In this document: positions 38,458 through 49,100 of the stretch, piece after piece
Numbering within the stretch: the stretch's first letter is position 1
How the letters are laid out: every line of letters starts with the position of its first letter
From: Phycisphaeraceae bacterium
GTDB taxonomy: Bacteria; Planctomycetota; Phycisphaerae; Phycisphaerales; Phycisphaeraceae
DNA length: 64,000 nucleotides
Assembly (NCBI GenBank): GCA_963674705.1
Contig: OY771506.1
Coordinates: 4,608,001 to 4,672,000 of the forward strand
Direction of reading: 5' to 3'
Made by a program: the position numbers and the translations under genes
The notes under the pieces: generated by a model
Database searches by the model: none
What the model was told of the DNA's origin: nothing
What the model saw: only the letters and a program-made list of their open reading frames with translations

Positions 38458-39891
38458 ATGATGGGATTATCCCGAGGCATGTCCTGGATGGTTGCGGTGC
38501 TGGTGCTGCTGGGCCTGGGGTGTCATGCGCTGTCTGAGCAATCCTCATCGGAACCGGTGACGATCAGGATTGATGTGAAAGATACTGCGCAAGAGGTGCG
38601 AGGATTTGGCGCTCATATCTGGGCGGGCGATCGGTATGTCGAGCCTGTGCTCAAGGAACTCAGCTTGCGTTATGTACGTATGACAGTCGGCCCGAACTGG
38701 TTTGATGTCGAGCAAGAGCCTCCGACGGATTCGACTCGGGACGAGATGGATCGGTTCCTCGCCGGGCACTTCGACGGGGATGGCGAACCACGTTTAAGGA
38801 ACGCCCAATTAGCATGGCAAATGACAGAGCGATTGGGGATTCAAGTCATCCTATTACAGTTTACCTCGCCCGAAAACTGGTTGAGCGATGACGGGCATCG
38901 GCAGTTGTTGCCCGAATATGTCGATGACTATGCACGGTACTGGGGCTCGTTTGTCGGGTTCTTAGTCGACCAAGGCATGAAGCCGGCCTATATAGAACTC
39001 GCGAATGAACCTGAGGGCGATTGGAACACACGGATATTGCCCGAGGACTACAATCGCCTGGTTATCCTGACACGCAAGGAACTTGATGATCGTGGTTATC
39101 ATGATATTGGCATCATCGGGCCCGGGCTGGCGTATCTCGATCACGACAATGGCTCCAGGCAGTGGATCGGCGCATTGAGCGACGAGGGCGTGCATTCACT
39201 AGCCGGCTGGTCAACGCATGTGTGGGACGATGTATTTAGTCCGGATACGTCCGTAGGATTTATCGATCAGCGTTGGCATGATTTTGATGCTGCCGTGCGT
39301 AAGAAAGATCCTGAACGGCAAAAGCCGATCATCATTACGGAGTATGCCACGTCAGCCACCACATTCAACGGCGTGTCATATGACCTTGTGAAGTCTCATG
39401 GCAACAACCGGGCGTCGGATTCTCCTGCCTATGCACAGCGCGTGTATGAACTGACACTCGTTCATATCAACAACGGGGCATCAGTCTTGATGTTCTGGGA
39501 GGCTGCGGACCAGCCATGGTCGCATGAAGCATGGGGGCTTGCGACAGGCACAAATAACAAACAGCGCCGGCCTGCTTTTTACGCCCTGTCAACGCTCATA
39601 CCTCTTATCCCGGAATCTGCTCGAGCTTTACGAAAAACATGGGATGATCCACATGTGAGTATCGCGGGATTGATTGACGAGCACAGTTTGGTATTGGCCT
39701 TTGCGAACGGCACTGATCAACCACAGCATCGAACCATCGAGCTTAACAATACCAGTGGGTTGAAGTTGAAGTCAGCAAGACGTTATCACGCGGACCGCGT
39801 GACGGATGTGCCATTGTCAACGCAAGGCAACACATTGCAGATAACTTTGCCGGCAGAAAGCACATTGACTTGTGAGTTTGTGATGGACTAG
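38458..39891 (+). CDS. GH-A clan (GH30/GH39-like) glycoside hydrolase, probably a lipoprotein; paralog of 30978..32672
   Basis: LLGLGC lipobox-like; GFGAHIW; YIELANEP; WSTHVWDD; IIITEYAT; LPAESTLT. Confidence 0.75.
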   Translation: MMGLSRGMSWMVAVLVLLGLGCHALSEQSSSEPVTIRIDVKDTAQEVRGFGAHIWAGDRYVEPVLKELSLRYVRMTVGPNWFDVEQEPPTDSTRDEMDRFLAGHFDGDGEPRLRNAQLAWQMTERLGIQVILLQFTSPENWLSDDGHRQLLPEYVDDYARYWGSFVGFLVDQGMKPAYIELANEPEGDWNTRILPEDYNRLVILTRKELDDRGYHDIGIIGPGLAYLDHDNGSRQWIGALSDEGVHSLAGWSTHVWDDVFSPDTSVGFIDQRWHDFDAAVRKKDPERQKPIIITEYATSATTFNGVSYDLVKSHGNNRASDSPAYAQRVYELTLVHINNGASVLMFWEAADQPWSHEAWGLATGTNNKQRRPAFYALSTLIPLIPESARALRKTWDDPHVSIAGLIDEHSLVLAFANGTDQPQHRTIELNNTSGLKLKSARRYHADRVTDVPLSTQGNTLQITLPAESTLTCEFVMD

Positions 39892-39961
39892 CCCTTCAGG
39901 TCAAGTGACTACGCCCATTGACTTCAGCAGTTGGTCAAGGGATTACGAGCCGGTTGTGCAA

Positions 39962-41011
39962 TTACTTTGACACTTCTTGCAGCCAACGAATCGCTGGCAT
40001 AGTGTCGTGCTGATGCCCCCCATCAAATACCGTCACACGCACCGGCCCGGCAACCTGACGAAACAGGATCGGGTACTTGCGGCTGTCTTCTTGTTGTGAC
40101 GGGTGGTACTTCAGTTCATCAGGCACGTGCCTATCAAGCAGGGAATTGATTGTTTGCTCAGAGATCACCATATCCGCGTAACCATTAGCCCGAGCGAGAG
40201 CGTTGAATGCCAGCAAAGACTGACTGACAGGCACGGAGCCTGTGTGTCCATCGTTGATGCCTGTATTGATATCGATCGGCAGGCCGGTTGCGTTTTGCAG
40301 GTGGAATAATGAAGAGCGGTGATGGTATTCGGCATCAACTTCCGCGGATGCACCGGGCGGGCCGCCGCAGACGTTTTCAAGATTGTGTGCATACTTTTGT
40401 GTGTTCTCTTTGCGCATGCACTGGGTGTGCCAGGCGGACAGGTCGGAGATCGGCACCCACGCGGAAACACCTGCCCAGGTCTGCGGCGAACGGCAGGCCA
40501 TGATCAACGCCATGTGCCCGCCGCCGGACGTGCCGACCAGATAGATGCGTTTATCATCGATCGATACTTGTTGCTTGGCGAATGCAACCGCATCTAAGAC
40601 ATCAGCCACAGCCAGGTCGGATGCGCAGGCCTGCGGCTGGACATTAGGTCCACGAAAATCCGGGTGGATAAACGCCCAGCCGCGTTGCTGCGCGACATGG
40701 AGGAAGTCGTCGCGCGGGGCCGATTGCTTGTAGTCACCGCTCCACGTATGCAGACAGACCAGTAGCGGTACCGCAACATCAGGATCGGATGGAACCCAGA
40801 ACATCGCATGCTGCGGGGAGCCATCCACTGAGCTGATGATTGTCACTTCGCGCAAAACTTTTGGTACATCACCTGATCTATGTGCTTCCGTATCAGATGC
40901 TTCGATCTGCCCCACCAAGACCCCGACAAATACAATATAGATCAACAGCACACACACAAAAACAAAGCTAAACACGGAATCGTGACGCATTTTAAATGGC
41001 AGCGGATCCAT
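39962..41011 (-). CDS. Alpha/beta hydrolase (S9 peptidase/carbohydrate esterase-like)
   Basis: PLLVCLHTWSGDY; nucleophile elbow YLVGTSGGGH; DGH; FDGGH; N-terminal TM or signal. Confidence 0.8.
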   Translation of the reverse strand: MDPLPFKMRHDSVFSFVFVCVLLIYIVFVGVLVGQIEASDTEAHRSGDVPKVLREVTIISSVDGSPQHAMFWVPSDPDVAVPLLVCLHTWSGDYKQSAPRDDFLHVAQQRGWAFIHPDFRGPNVQPQACASDLAVADVLDAVAFAKQQVSIDDKRIYLVGTSGGGHMALIMACRSPQTWAGVSAWVPISDLSAWHTQCMRKENTQKYAHNLENVCGGPPGASAEVDAEYHHRSSLFHLQNATGLPIDINTGINDGHTGSVPVSQSLLAFNALARANGYADMVISEQTINSLLDRHVPDELKYHPSQQEDSRKYPILFRQVAGPVRVTVFDGGHQHDTMPAIRWLQEVSK

Positions 41012-41037
41012 GAGAACTTATGAGTGTTGCACTTAAC

Positions 41038-41889
41038 TTAATACGTGAATTTCACAAATCCGTTTTCTGCGGATATCTCCAGCGAAGGAAGCTGCTCCAT
41101 CAGGAACGCACCACTGAGGTCCGGATACACGCCTTCGTAACTATCGAGATAGGATTTGACCAGTTCGGGTCCGGTGGCGATCCATTCAGCGTGACCATCC
41201 AGGAAGCCTCTGTTGATGCCATCTTCACCGTGGTTGGTCTTGGTGCCGGGCCAGTTATTTTTATTACCCGCTCCCGTGGCATCCAATCCATCCATTGCAA
41301 CGCTTACGCGATCGGGATGGGCACTGTTACGGATCGATTTGCGTACACCATCCTTGCCCGTGGCGATGACTTTTTTTGCGCCTTGTTTATAACCATTAAC
41401 ATCGCCCGGCACCTTCGTGCCATCGGGATAGATAGCTCCACCGCCAAAGAATGCCCACAATTCGTAGCTGTGGCCGCCTGTCTCATCGGTTGCGTCCTTC
41501 GCATTATCCTGCAGGTCCGCGATATATTCGACGAAGCCACCCTGCGCCGGGATATACGCTCGTTCCTTGGTCGGGCTGACGACGTTTTGTGTGCTTGGGC
41601 AAACCGCCACTTCCAAGCTGTTGATGTAATCCGGGATGACAAGATTCAAGTCATCATCACTGGCACCGATAGACGGGATGAAAGCGCCTTCTCCATCCCC
41701 TTCGTTATCGACGGCCCGTGCGAATAATCCGGTATTGAGCTGCCGAACATTGCTAAGGCATTTTGACTTCTGGGCTGTTCTGCGTGCGGCACCCAGGGCA
41801 GGCAGCAAAATACCCACCAGCAGCGCGATAATCGAGATCACGACGAGTAATTCGATGAGTGTGAATGCAGCGTATCTTTTCGTGGGCAT
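41038..41889 (-). CDS. Prepilin-type/DUF1559-like protein
   Basis: [42 protein letters not shown]. Confidence 0.85.
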   Translation of the reverse strand: MPTKRYAAFTLIELLVVISIIALLVGILLPALGAARRTAQKSKCLSNVRQLNTGLFARAVDNEGDGEGAFIPSIGASDDDLNLVIPDYINSLEVAVCPSTQNVVSPTKERAYIPAQGGFVEYIADLQDNAKDATDETGGHSYELWAFFGGGAIYPDGTKVPGDVNGYKQGAKKVIATGKDGVRKSIRNSAHPDRVSVAMDGLDATGAGNKNNWPGTKTNHGEDGINRGFLDGHAEWIATGPELVKSYLDSYEGVYPDLSGAFLMEQLPSLEISAENGFVKFTY

Positions 41890-41971
41890 GATGCTTCTCC
41901 AAGCAGACAGATAGTTCGACTTGCTCCAGCTCATTGAGCTGTTCATGTGGCGGCCAAGTGCTCGCCTTTAA

Positions 41972-42002
41972 ACCGGCTGTACGCTGTCAGGCGTACGGCC
42001 GG
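41972..42002 (-). other. Intergenic stem-loop downstream of a PEP-CTERM gene
   Basis: ccggctgtacgc..gcgtacggccgg inverted repeat. Confidence 0.5.
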
Positions 42003-42097
42003 GTGGGAAGGTTAAAAGTGTTACGAGATTCATTCATGTCTTATCAGAAGCCTGGCCGTTACCTCAGGCAGTGATAGACCTGTTTACCTTTTCCATA

Positions 42098-43114
42098 TCA
42101 GGCCATGCGACGACGAAGCAGCGCCACGGCGCCGGTCGTCAACAGAGCCAGACTTGCCGGTTCGGGGATGGAAGGTGCACCACCGGCGGTGGGCGGCGTA
42201 CCGTTGTTCCATGTGTTCAGGACGATATCCAAGTCATCGAGGCCGACGAAGCCGTCGTTATTGATGTCGCCGGAGAGGTCGACCAGCGAGGCGGACTCAG
42301 CAACCCAGATGGCGTCGAGTTCGGCTTCGGTCAGCTGATGGTCATAGATACGCAGCGTGTCGATTGCACCATGCCAGAAGTCCTGGATGACGCCGCGGTT
42401 GTCACGGGCGCCCAGCGCCATGTTGTATTGCCATGCGGCCTGCGGGTCGGTGCTATCCAATTGTTGCCAGTCGGCACCGTACGACGCCGCGACATCACCG
42501 TCCATGTAGACGAACGAATTATTCGGCGCCATCCAACCCACGCCGTCGACATCAACATCCCAGGACCAGGCGATCAGGTGCCAGGCATTGTTGACCATGT
42601 TGATGCCTAAGCCGTCTGTTTCCTTGATATGCCAGAAGTCGCCGCCTTCGGAGCGGGGATAGATATCCAGCGAGCCGTTGATGTTGCCAGCGGTAAAGTT
42701 TGTGGTCGAGCCATCGTTTTGTGTACCCATGAGGTACTGCGTGCCTGCGTAATCGGTCCGTACCCATGCGACGATGGTGCCGGCGACAACACCCTTATTC
42801 GAAGCGTAGAACGGCCGACCGGTCAGGCCCATGTCGATCCAGTCATCGACACCGTCAAGCAGCAGAGCGCCACCGGCCGATTGGTCATAACCCGTGGTGT
42901 AGGTGGCGGTACCAGCGGTTGAACCGTTATACGAAGTACCTTCCATGTACACACCATCCGGTGTGGGGTTGCCCAGCAGATCGACGAATCCTGATGAATC
43001 GTTGAGGTTGCCATCGAAGTTGTACTGGGCGACAAGCGCGCCGGACGCCATCGAGACGGAAAAACCGAGCGTTGCAAGCGTGGCACAAGAAGCGAGTAAA
43101 CGAGTGCGAAGCAT
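42098..43114 (-). CDS. LamG + single dockerin-like repeat + PEP-CTERM protein
   Basis: LVAQYNFDG; WHLIAWSW; GAIDTLRIY; GDINNDGFVGLDDLD; ends IPEPASLALL...RRRMA; ggagg RBS. Confidence 0.85.
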   Translation of the reverse strand: MLRTRLLASCATLATLGFSVSMASGALVAQYNFDGNLNDSSGFVDLLGNPTPDGVYMEGTSYNGSTAGTATYTTGYDQSAGGALLLDGVDDWIDMGLTGRPFYASNKGVVAGTIVAWVRTDYAGTQYLMGTQNDGSTTNFTAGNINGSLDIYPRSEGGDFWHIKETDGLGINMVNNAWHLIAWSWDVDVDGVGWMAPNNSFVYMDGDVAASYGADWQQLDSTDPQAAWQYNMALGARDNRGVIQDFWHGAIDTLRIYDHQLTEAELDAIWVAESASLVDLSGDINNDGFVGLDDLDIVLNTWNNGTPPTAGGAPSIPEPASLALLTTGAVALLRRRMA

Positions 43115-43239
43115 GATTTCAATCCTCCAATTAGAAAGTGATTTGCGATGCATGAAGTTTGAGAAACTAGAAAACATTTGGCAGCAACATAAATGTGTGG
43201 TCCACCATCACCCTCGCGGTGAACACTTTGTCCTCCTAT

Positions 43240-44289
43240 TTAATCGATACGTTGGCCATTAGGTAATATCCGAAGTGGATGCTCACGGGGTACGCCCGTC
43301 GTCTGGTTGATTTCCAGGAACGCTGAAATGGATTTGTGCATCGTGCCTTTTTCGAGTCCGGCGATGCGTCGGCATAGCCAACGGGCTGCCTCCTCGCCTA
43401 GTTCTTCCGCGCTCTGGCAGACCGCCGTCATTCGCGGATAAATGAACTTGCGGCTGGACGCGTCATCGAATCCGATCAGGGAAAGATCGTCCGGCACCTT
43501 CAATCCGATTTCCGCTGCGCGGCACATCGCACCGATCGATGTAGCCGGATCGGTCAGATATACCGCGGTGGGAGACTCGGGCAGGCTCATGAGCTGGTTG
43601 ATGGCGTTCATGCCGCCGCTGAGATTGGGGACGATGTGGATCACCAGGGCCGGATCGACTTCGATGCCGTTTTTTTGTAACGAACGCTCGTAACCCATCT
43701 GGCGGTCAAGGTGGTCGTTGTCACCCCGGCGGTCAATCACCAGCGCGATACGACGATGCCCCAGATAGATCAGGTGGTCGATCGCCCGCTCGGATTCGGG
43801 CCCGGAATCACAGCAAAGGTAATTGACCTGTTCGGACTCAAACCGCTCCGCCACAACCAAGGAGGGGAAACCCTCTTTGGCGATGGCCTCACACACCTGG
43901 CGGGATTTGGTACCCGCGCGAAGAATAACACCCTGAAAACCGTGTCTCTGGAAAAACTGGGTGTAGCTTTCGCCTTCCAGCATCTGCTGCTGAAGTGAGA
44001 CCAGCGAGGGATGGAACTTGCTGTCATGCAGCCCGAGTTGGATGCCATGCAGTAGATACTGATCGTAATCACACAACTGAGACGACTCATCCACGTGAAC
44101 CAGGCCGATACTTCCCGCCATCGGTATATTTTGTTGAGTTTTCCGTGTGTTGCCATATCCGGCGATATTCGCGGCCTTCATCACCAGTTCCCTGGTTTTC
44201 GGGCTGACATCCGGATGGCTGTTCAATGCGCGAGATGCTGTCGTCACTGAGACGCCCGCGGTTTTAGCTATTTCTCGAACTGATGCCAT
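43240..44289 (-). CDS. LacI-family transcriptional regulator
   Basis: SVREIAKTAGVSVTTASRALN; HLIYLGHRRIA; VPDDLSLIGFDD. Confidence 0.92.
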   Translation of the reverse strand: MASVREIAKTAGVSVTTASRALNSHPDVSPKTRELVMKAANIAGYGNTRKTQQNIPMAGSIGLVHVDESSQLCDYDQYLLHGIQLGLHDSKFHPSLVSLQQQMLEGESYTQFFQRHGFQGVILRAGTKSRQVCEAIAKEGFPSLVVAERFESEQVNYLCCDSGPESERAIDHLIYLGHRRIALVIDRRGDNDHLDRQMGYERSLQKNGIEVDPALVIHIVPNLSGGMNAINQLMSLPESPTAVYLTDPATSIGAMCRAAEIGLKVPDDLSLIGFDDASSRKFIYPRMTAVCQSAEELGEEAARWLCRRIAGLEKGTMHKSISAFLEINQTTGVPREHPLRILPNGQRID

Positions 44290-44306
44290 AGTGAACTCCC
44301 GGTTTT

Positions 44307-44625
44307 GTACCGGTTTAATACCGGTAATGAATGTACCCGTCGTCTAGTAAAATGTCAACACAAAAATGACTCCCAATGCCCGGTCACATCGGATACCAGG
44401 CCACCCAAAGTGAACTTAAATCCTTTTGGTGGCGATAATAACGCCATAAATACATCATCCTGCCAAACAGCGGAAATTTGCTCTAAACGCCCCATATTAC
44501 GGCCGGCCCCAGCTTAAACCCCACAAAATGACATGCGTACCGAATTATTACCGGTAACATTTCCAACCAATGTTCATTTGTGTATCATCATCCTCATCCC
44601 GGTCTAAGAGTTGAAAAACCGGTTT
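44307..44625. promoter_or_regulatory. Candidate LacI operators: (T/A)ACCGGT(A/T) palindromes
   Basis: gtaccggttt at 44307, ataccggtaa at 44318, ttaccggtaa at 44548 and aaaccggttt at 44616, all in the divergent intergenic region next to the LacI gene. Confidence 0.55.
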
Positions 44626-44730
44626 CGGGCTTCTTTCCGCCCATCGCAGGTTGACATAGATGCAAACGTACCGATCCAACACGTCAGTAACACACAAGCT
44701 TTAATCAAATAGAAACTAGTGGAGCAGGTC

Positions 44731-46059
44731 ATGAAACTCTCTGTCTTACTCACGTACACGATCCTGTTTGGCAGCCTTCTGGCCCAGATATGTGTACATG
44801 CAGCCACGGAACCCACGAACTCGGTGTCCTCACCAAGTCAGGTGGAAGTTCGCAAGACCACCAGTCAAGAGGATGGAAGTGTCAGCTACGAGTTATATGT
44901 AAACGGCGAGCCTTACTACATCAAAGGGGTGGGCGCCAAGTACAAACTGGAAGAGGTCGCCGAGGCCGGCGCCAACTCGATCCGCACGTGGGACGCCAAG
45001 GACATCGGGCCGCTGCTTGATCGGGCGCACGAACTGGGTATCACCGTCATCGTCGGATTCTGGTTGCCTCACCCCGGTGACGGCGGGTTCAGCTACGACG
45101 ATCAGGAAGCGCTTGACAAGGAAACCGAAGAGAACCTGGCGTTTGTCAAACAATACAAGGACCACCCCGCCGTGTTGATGTGGGCGCTGGGCAACGAGAT
45201 GGAAGGTAACGGCGGCAAGGACATCAACGTCTTCAAATACATCAACGAGCTTTCCAAAAAGGTCAAGGAACTCGACCCCAACCACCCCACCATGACCGTC
45301 ACCGCGGGTATCAGCATGTACCGCGTGATCAACCTTATGAAGTATTGTCCGGACGTCGATGTGTACGGACCGAACGTCTACGGTGAAGACCTGCGTTCCG
45401 CGATCGAGAAGCTTCGGACCTACGGCATGACCAAGCCGTTCATCATTCCCGAGTTCGGCCCGCCGGGGCAGTGGGAAAACAAGACGCCGTGGGGTGCGCC
45501 GATCGAGATGAACAGCACCGAAAAGGCGCGCTGCTACATCCGGCACTACTTCGATCCGATCCAGGCGGAGAAGGGCTGGTGCATTGGTTCATACGCGTTC
45601 TACTGGCGTTACGACCCGGAAGAGCGTCAGTGGCCTAGCTGGTATTCCATGGTCGATCCGCACGGCCAGCGTTACGGCGGCGCGGACGCCATGACGTATG
45701 CGTGGACGGGCAAGTGGCCGGACAACCATGCGCCGGAAATTGTGATGCTGCGATCGAAGGCCGACCAACAGATCGTCGCGCCGGGTGAGAAGTTCGATGT
45801 CAAACTGGTGGTCAGCGATCCGGATAACGATCCGATCGAGATCAAATGGATTCTGGGATTGGATCATGAAATCAGCGGTATGCGTTCTCACTTGGATGAG
45901 AAAATCCCAGAATCCGAATTCATTGCGGAAGGCTCTGGCAAACAGATCGTTGTGCGCGCCCCTGAAAAGGAAGGCCCCTACCGGTTGAATGTTTTTGTGT
46001 ATGACGATCACAACCGGGCCGCCAGGGCGAGCATGCCGTTTTACGTTCATGGCGAATGA
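44731..46059 (+). CDS. Secreted GH-A clan TIM-barrel glycoside hydrolase (GH2_C-like; resembles GH158-type enzymes) with a C-terminal Ig-like domain
   Basis: LYVNGEPYYIKG; GANSIRTW; YKDHPAVLMWALGNE; DPNHP; IIPEFGP. Confidence 0.75.
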   Translation: MKLSVLLTYTILFGSLLAQICVHAATEPTNSVSSPSQVEVRKTTSQEDGSVSYELYVNGEPYYIKGVGAKYKLEEVAEAGANSIRTWDAKDIGPLLDRAHELGITVIVGFWLPHPGDGGFSYDDQEALDKETEENLAFVKQYKDHPAVLMWALGNEMEGNGGKDINVFKYINELSKKVKELDPNHPTMTVTAGISMYRVINLMKYCPDVDVYGPNVYGEDLRSAIEKLRTYGMTKPFIIPEFGPPGQWENKTPWGAPIEMNSTEKARCYIRHYFDPIQAEKGWCIGSYAFYWRYDPEERQWPSWYSMVDPHGQRYGGADAMTYAWTGKWPDNHAPEIVMLRSKADQQIVAPGEKFDVKLVVSDPDNDPIEIKWILGLDHEISGMRSHLDEKIPESEFIAEGSGKQIVVRAPEKEGPYRLNVFVYDDHNRAARASMPFYVHGE

Positions 46060-46156
46060 TACGCTAAAAGCGGTTGAAGCTAACTATGTGTTCGGCCGTG
46101 AAAGCGAGATCTGTCGCGTTGCGTATCTACTATCACATTACTCGTGATTGTTTGTT

Positions 46157-49100
46157 ATGAACCGTACGATCAAGACATTTCGGAGTCCGATCGGCTGGCT
46201 GGTGCTTGTCATCACAGGCTTCGGCTTGGTTGTGTGGCTGATGGGATGGATAAGTCGGCCCGAGCTACATGAAAGCCAAATCCAATACACTCAACAAGAA
46301 ATCGATGAGGCGGCCGAAGCACGGGATGTGACGTTTGATCCGGACCCAGCGAAGTTGCCTGTGCTTCATCGGGACATTGTTGTTACACCCAAGGGCGAGT
46401 CACCGATCCTGCGTGCGATGGTGGAAGCCGGCGAGTTACCACCTCTGGAAGAGCGGCTGCCCGATGAGCCGGTCGTATTGGATTGTGTCGACGGCATCGG
46501 GCAGTACGGTGGAACGTGGCTGCGGCTTGCGACCGCGATGAGCGATCTTGATGTGATCACCTATCGTCTGAGCGGCGCTTTTCTAGTGCGATGGTCATCT
46601 CTGGGTTATCCCATCATGCCCCACCTTGCCAAAAGCATTATCCCTAACGAGGATAAAACCGAATGGGTGGTCACGCTCCGCAAAGGTCTGCGCTGGTCAG
46701 ATGGAGAACCGTTCACCGCGGACGACATCATGTACTGGTGGGAAGAAGAAGCGAAAAATGCATTCGTAAGCAGCCAGCCACCGCAGTGGATGCGTCAGGG
46801 CGACAAGAGCGGGCGGGTCGAGAAGATCGATACGTATCGTTTGCGGTTTGTTTTTCCTGAGCCGAACGGCATCTTTCTGGAAAGCCTTACGCAAGCATGG
46901 CGGGGGCCGACCGAGACTCCGAGGCATTATCTGGCTAAATATCATCCCGACCCGACAGTTGGCGACCAGGCATTTATCGATCAGCAGGTGCAAGCCTACG
47001 GCCTTCCCAGTGCCAGGGCGTTGTACTTTTTTATGAAAGACTATCGTAACCCGGAACACCCGAGACTCTGGCCATGGATTTATCGTAAATACCGTGCGAA
47101 TCCGCCGCAGGTGTTTGTAAGGAATCCGTATTACTACGTGGTCGATGTCGAGGGAAACCAACTACCTTATATCGATCGGCTTCAGTTTGATGTGATGGAT
47201 GAAAAGCTGCTGGGCATCCGTGCGGCGGGGGGCGGCGTGTCGATGCAGACGCGCCATATCAAGTATCGTGATTACACCGAATACATGAGCCGACGTGAAA
47301 CCAGTGGCACGCGGATACTACATTGGTACCCGGCGACACGCTCTGACTTTGTGATTCATCCGAATCATACGCGTTATGTTGATCCGAATGACCCCGCTAC
47401 GGGCTGGAAGGCAAAGCTTCTTGCGGATGTGCGTTTCCGCAGGGCGCTATCGCTGGCGATCGACCGTAAAGCCATCATCAAAGCGGAATACAATAACATC
47501 GTTCAGCCGACACAGGTTGCGCCGGGGCCGCAATCCCCCTTCCACTACGAACCGCTGTCCAAAGCGTATACCGAGTTTGATCCGGATCGTGCGAATGCTT
47601 TACTGGATGAGCTTGGGCTTACGGAGCGAGATGCGGAAGGTTATCGCACATTCCCCGACGGATCGCGTATGGTGTTTTACTTCGATTTTTCGCCTTACAC
47701 AGGCGAGGGGCCGTTGCAGTTCATCGTGTCCGACTGGGGCGATGTCGGCATCCGGCTGATACCGAGAGCGCTAAGCCGAAGGCTATTCTATACACGCAAG
47801 GATGCGGCCAACTTCGACTTCAATGTCTGGTCCAGCGAAAGCGATTACATGCCATTGCTTTCGCCGCGTTATTTTGTGGCAGTCAATACGGAGTGTTTCT
47901 ATGCGGTGAACTGGGGCCGATGGTTCAGCCTCGGTGGGTACTACGGCGACGAGGCGGCGAACATCCGCGGCGCATCCCAACCGCCACCGGGCCATCCGAT
48001 GAATCAGGCCTATGCAGCGTTCGAGTCATCGATACGCCAACCCACCATCGAGTTGCAGAAAAAGCACTTCAACGAGGCGATGGAGATCGCAGCACAGCAA
48101 CTCTGGGCGATCGGCCTGGCAGACGCTCCGCCGCAGATCGTCGTCACAGACAATCATATGCACAACATCCCGGATATAGCGCTATTCGGCGTTATCTTCG
48201 CGACACCCGCCAACGCAGGTATCGAAACCTATTACTTTGATAACGCGGAATCCACCCAGGCTGTTACGCAAGAGGTCAGGGATTCGCTGCTACACCCGCA
48301 GTTACGGCCGCATGCAGACATTACCCCGCAAGTAGACGCTCCTGACACAGGCTATCCATGGCTAAGACTGCTGATTCGTGTCACGATCACGGCAACCATC
48401 TTGCTGGTCATCTTGCTTGTCGCGCTGCGCCATCCATACATCGGCAAGCGCTTGTTGATCATGGTCCCGACGCTATTCGTGATATCGATTGCGGTGTTTA
48501 CGATTATCCAGTTGCCTGAGGGTGACTACCTGACGATGCGGCTGATCCAGTTACAGGAGTCGGGCGACAGCCAGGCGGAAAAAGAAATCGAAGACCTGCG
48601 TACACTGTTCCATTTTGATGAACCAAACTGGAAAAAGTACATGCGGTGGATGGGAATCACGTGGTTCTACACGCTCGAGCCTTCGGATATGGGTTTGCTG
48701 CAAGGCGACATGGGCAGGTCCATGGAGACAACGGAGCGCGTGAACACGCTTGTCGGCGACAGGATACTGCTGACCTTCCTGATCTCACTGGGTACGATCC
48801 TGATGACGTGGCTGATTGCGATACCGATCGGGATCTATTCCGCGGTCAGGCAGTATTCATATTCAGATTACGCGTTGACGCTGATCGGCTTTGTGGGGAT
48901 GAGTGTGCCGGGATTCCTGCTTGCGCTTGTGTTGATGGCCAAGGCGGATGTGTCGGGCCTGTTCTCACCGGAATACGCGGTGCAACCGCAATGGTCTTTA
49001 GGCAAGTGCATAGATCTATTGGGGCATATCTGGATCCCGATTGTTGTGCTGGGCGTGGGTGGGACGACGGGCATGATCCGCATCATGCGGGCGAATCTGT

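Noticed and set aside
41020..41727. 235-aa plus-strand ORF
   Set aside because: It is antisense to a well-supported prepilin-like gene.
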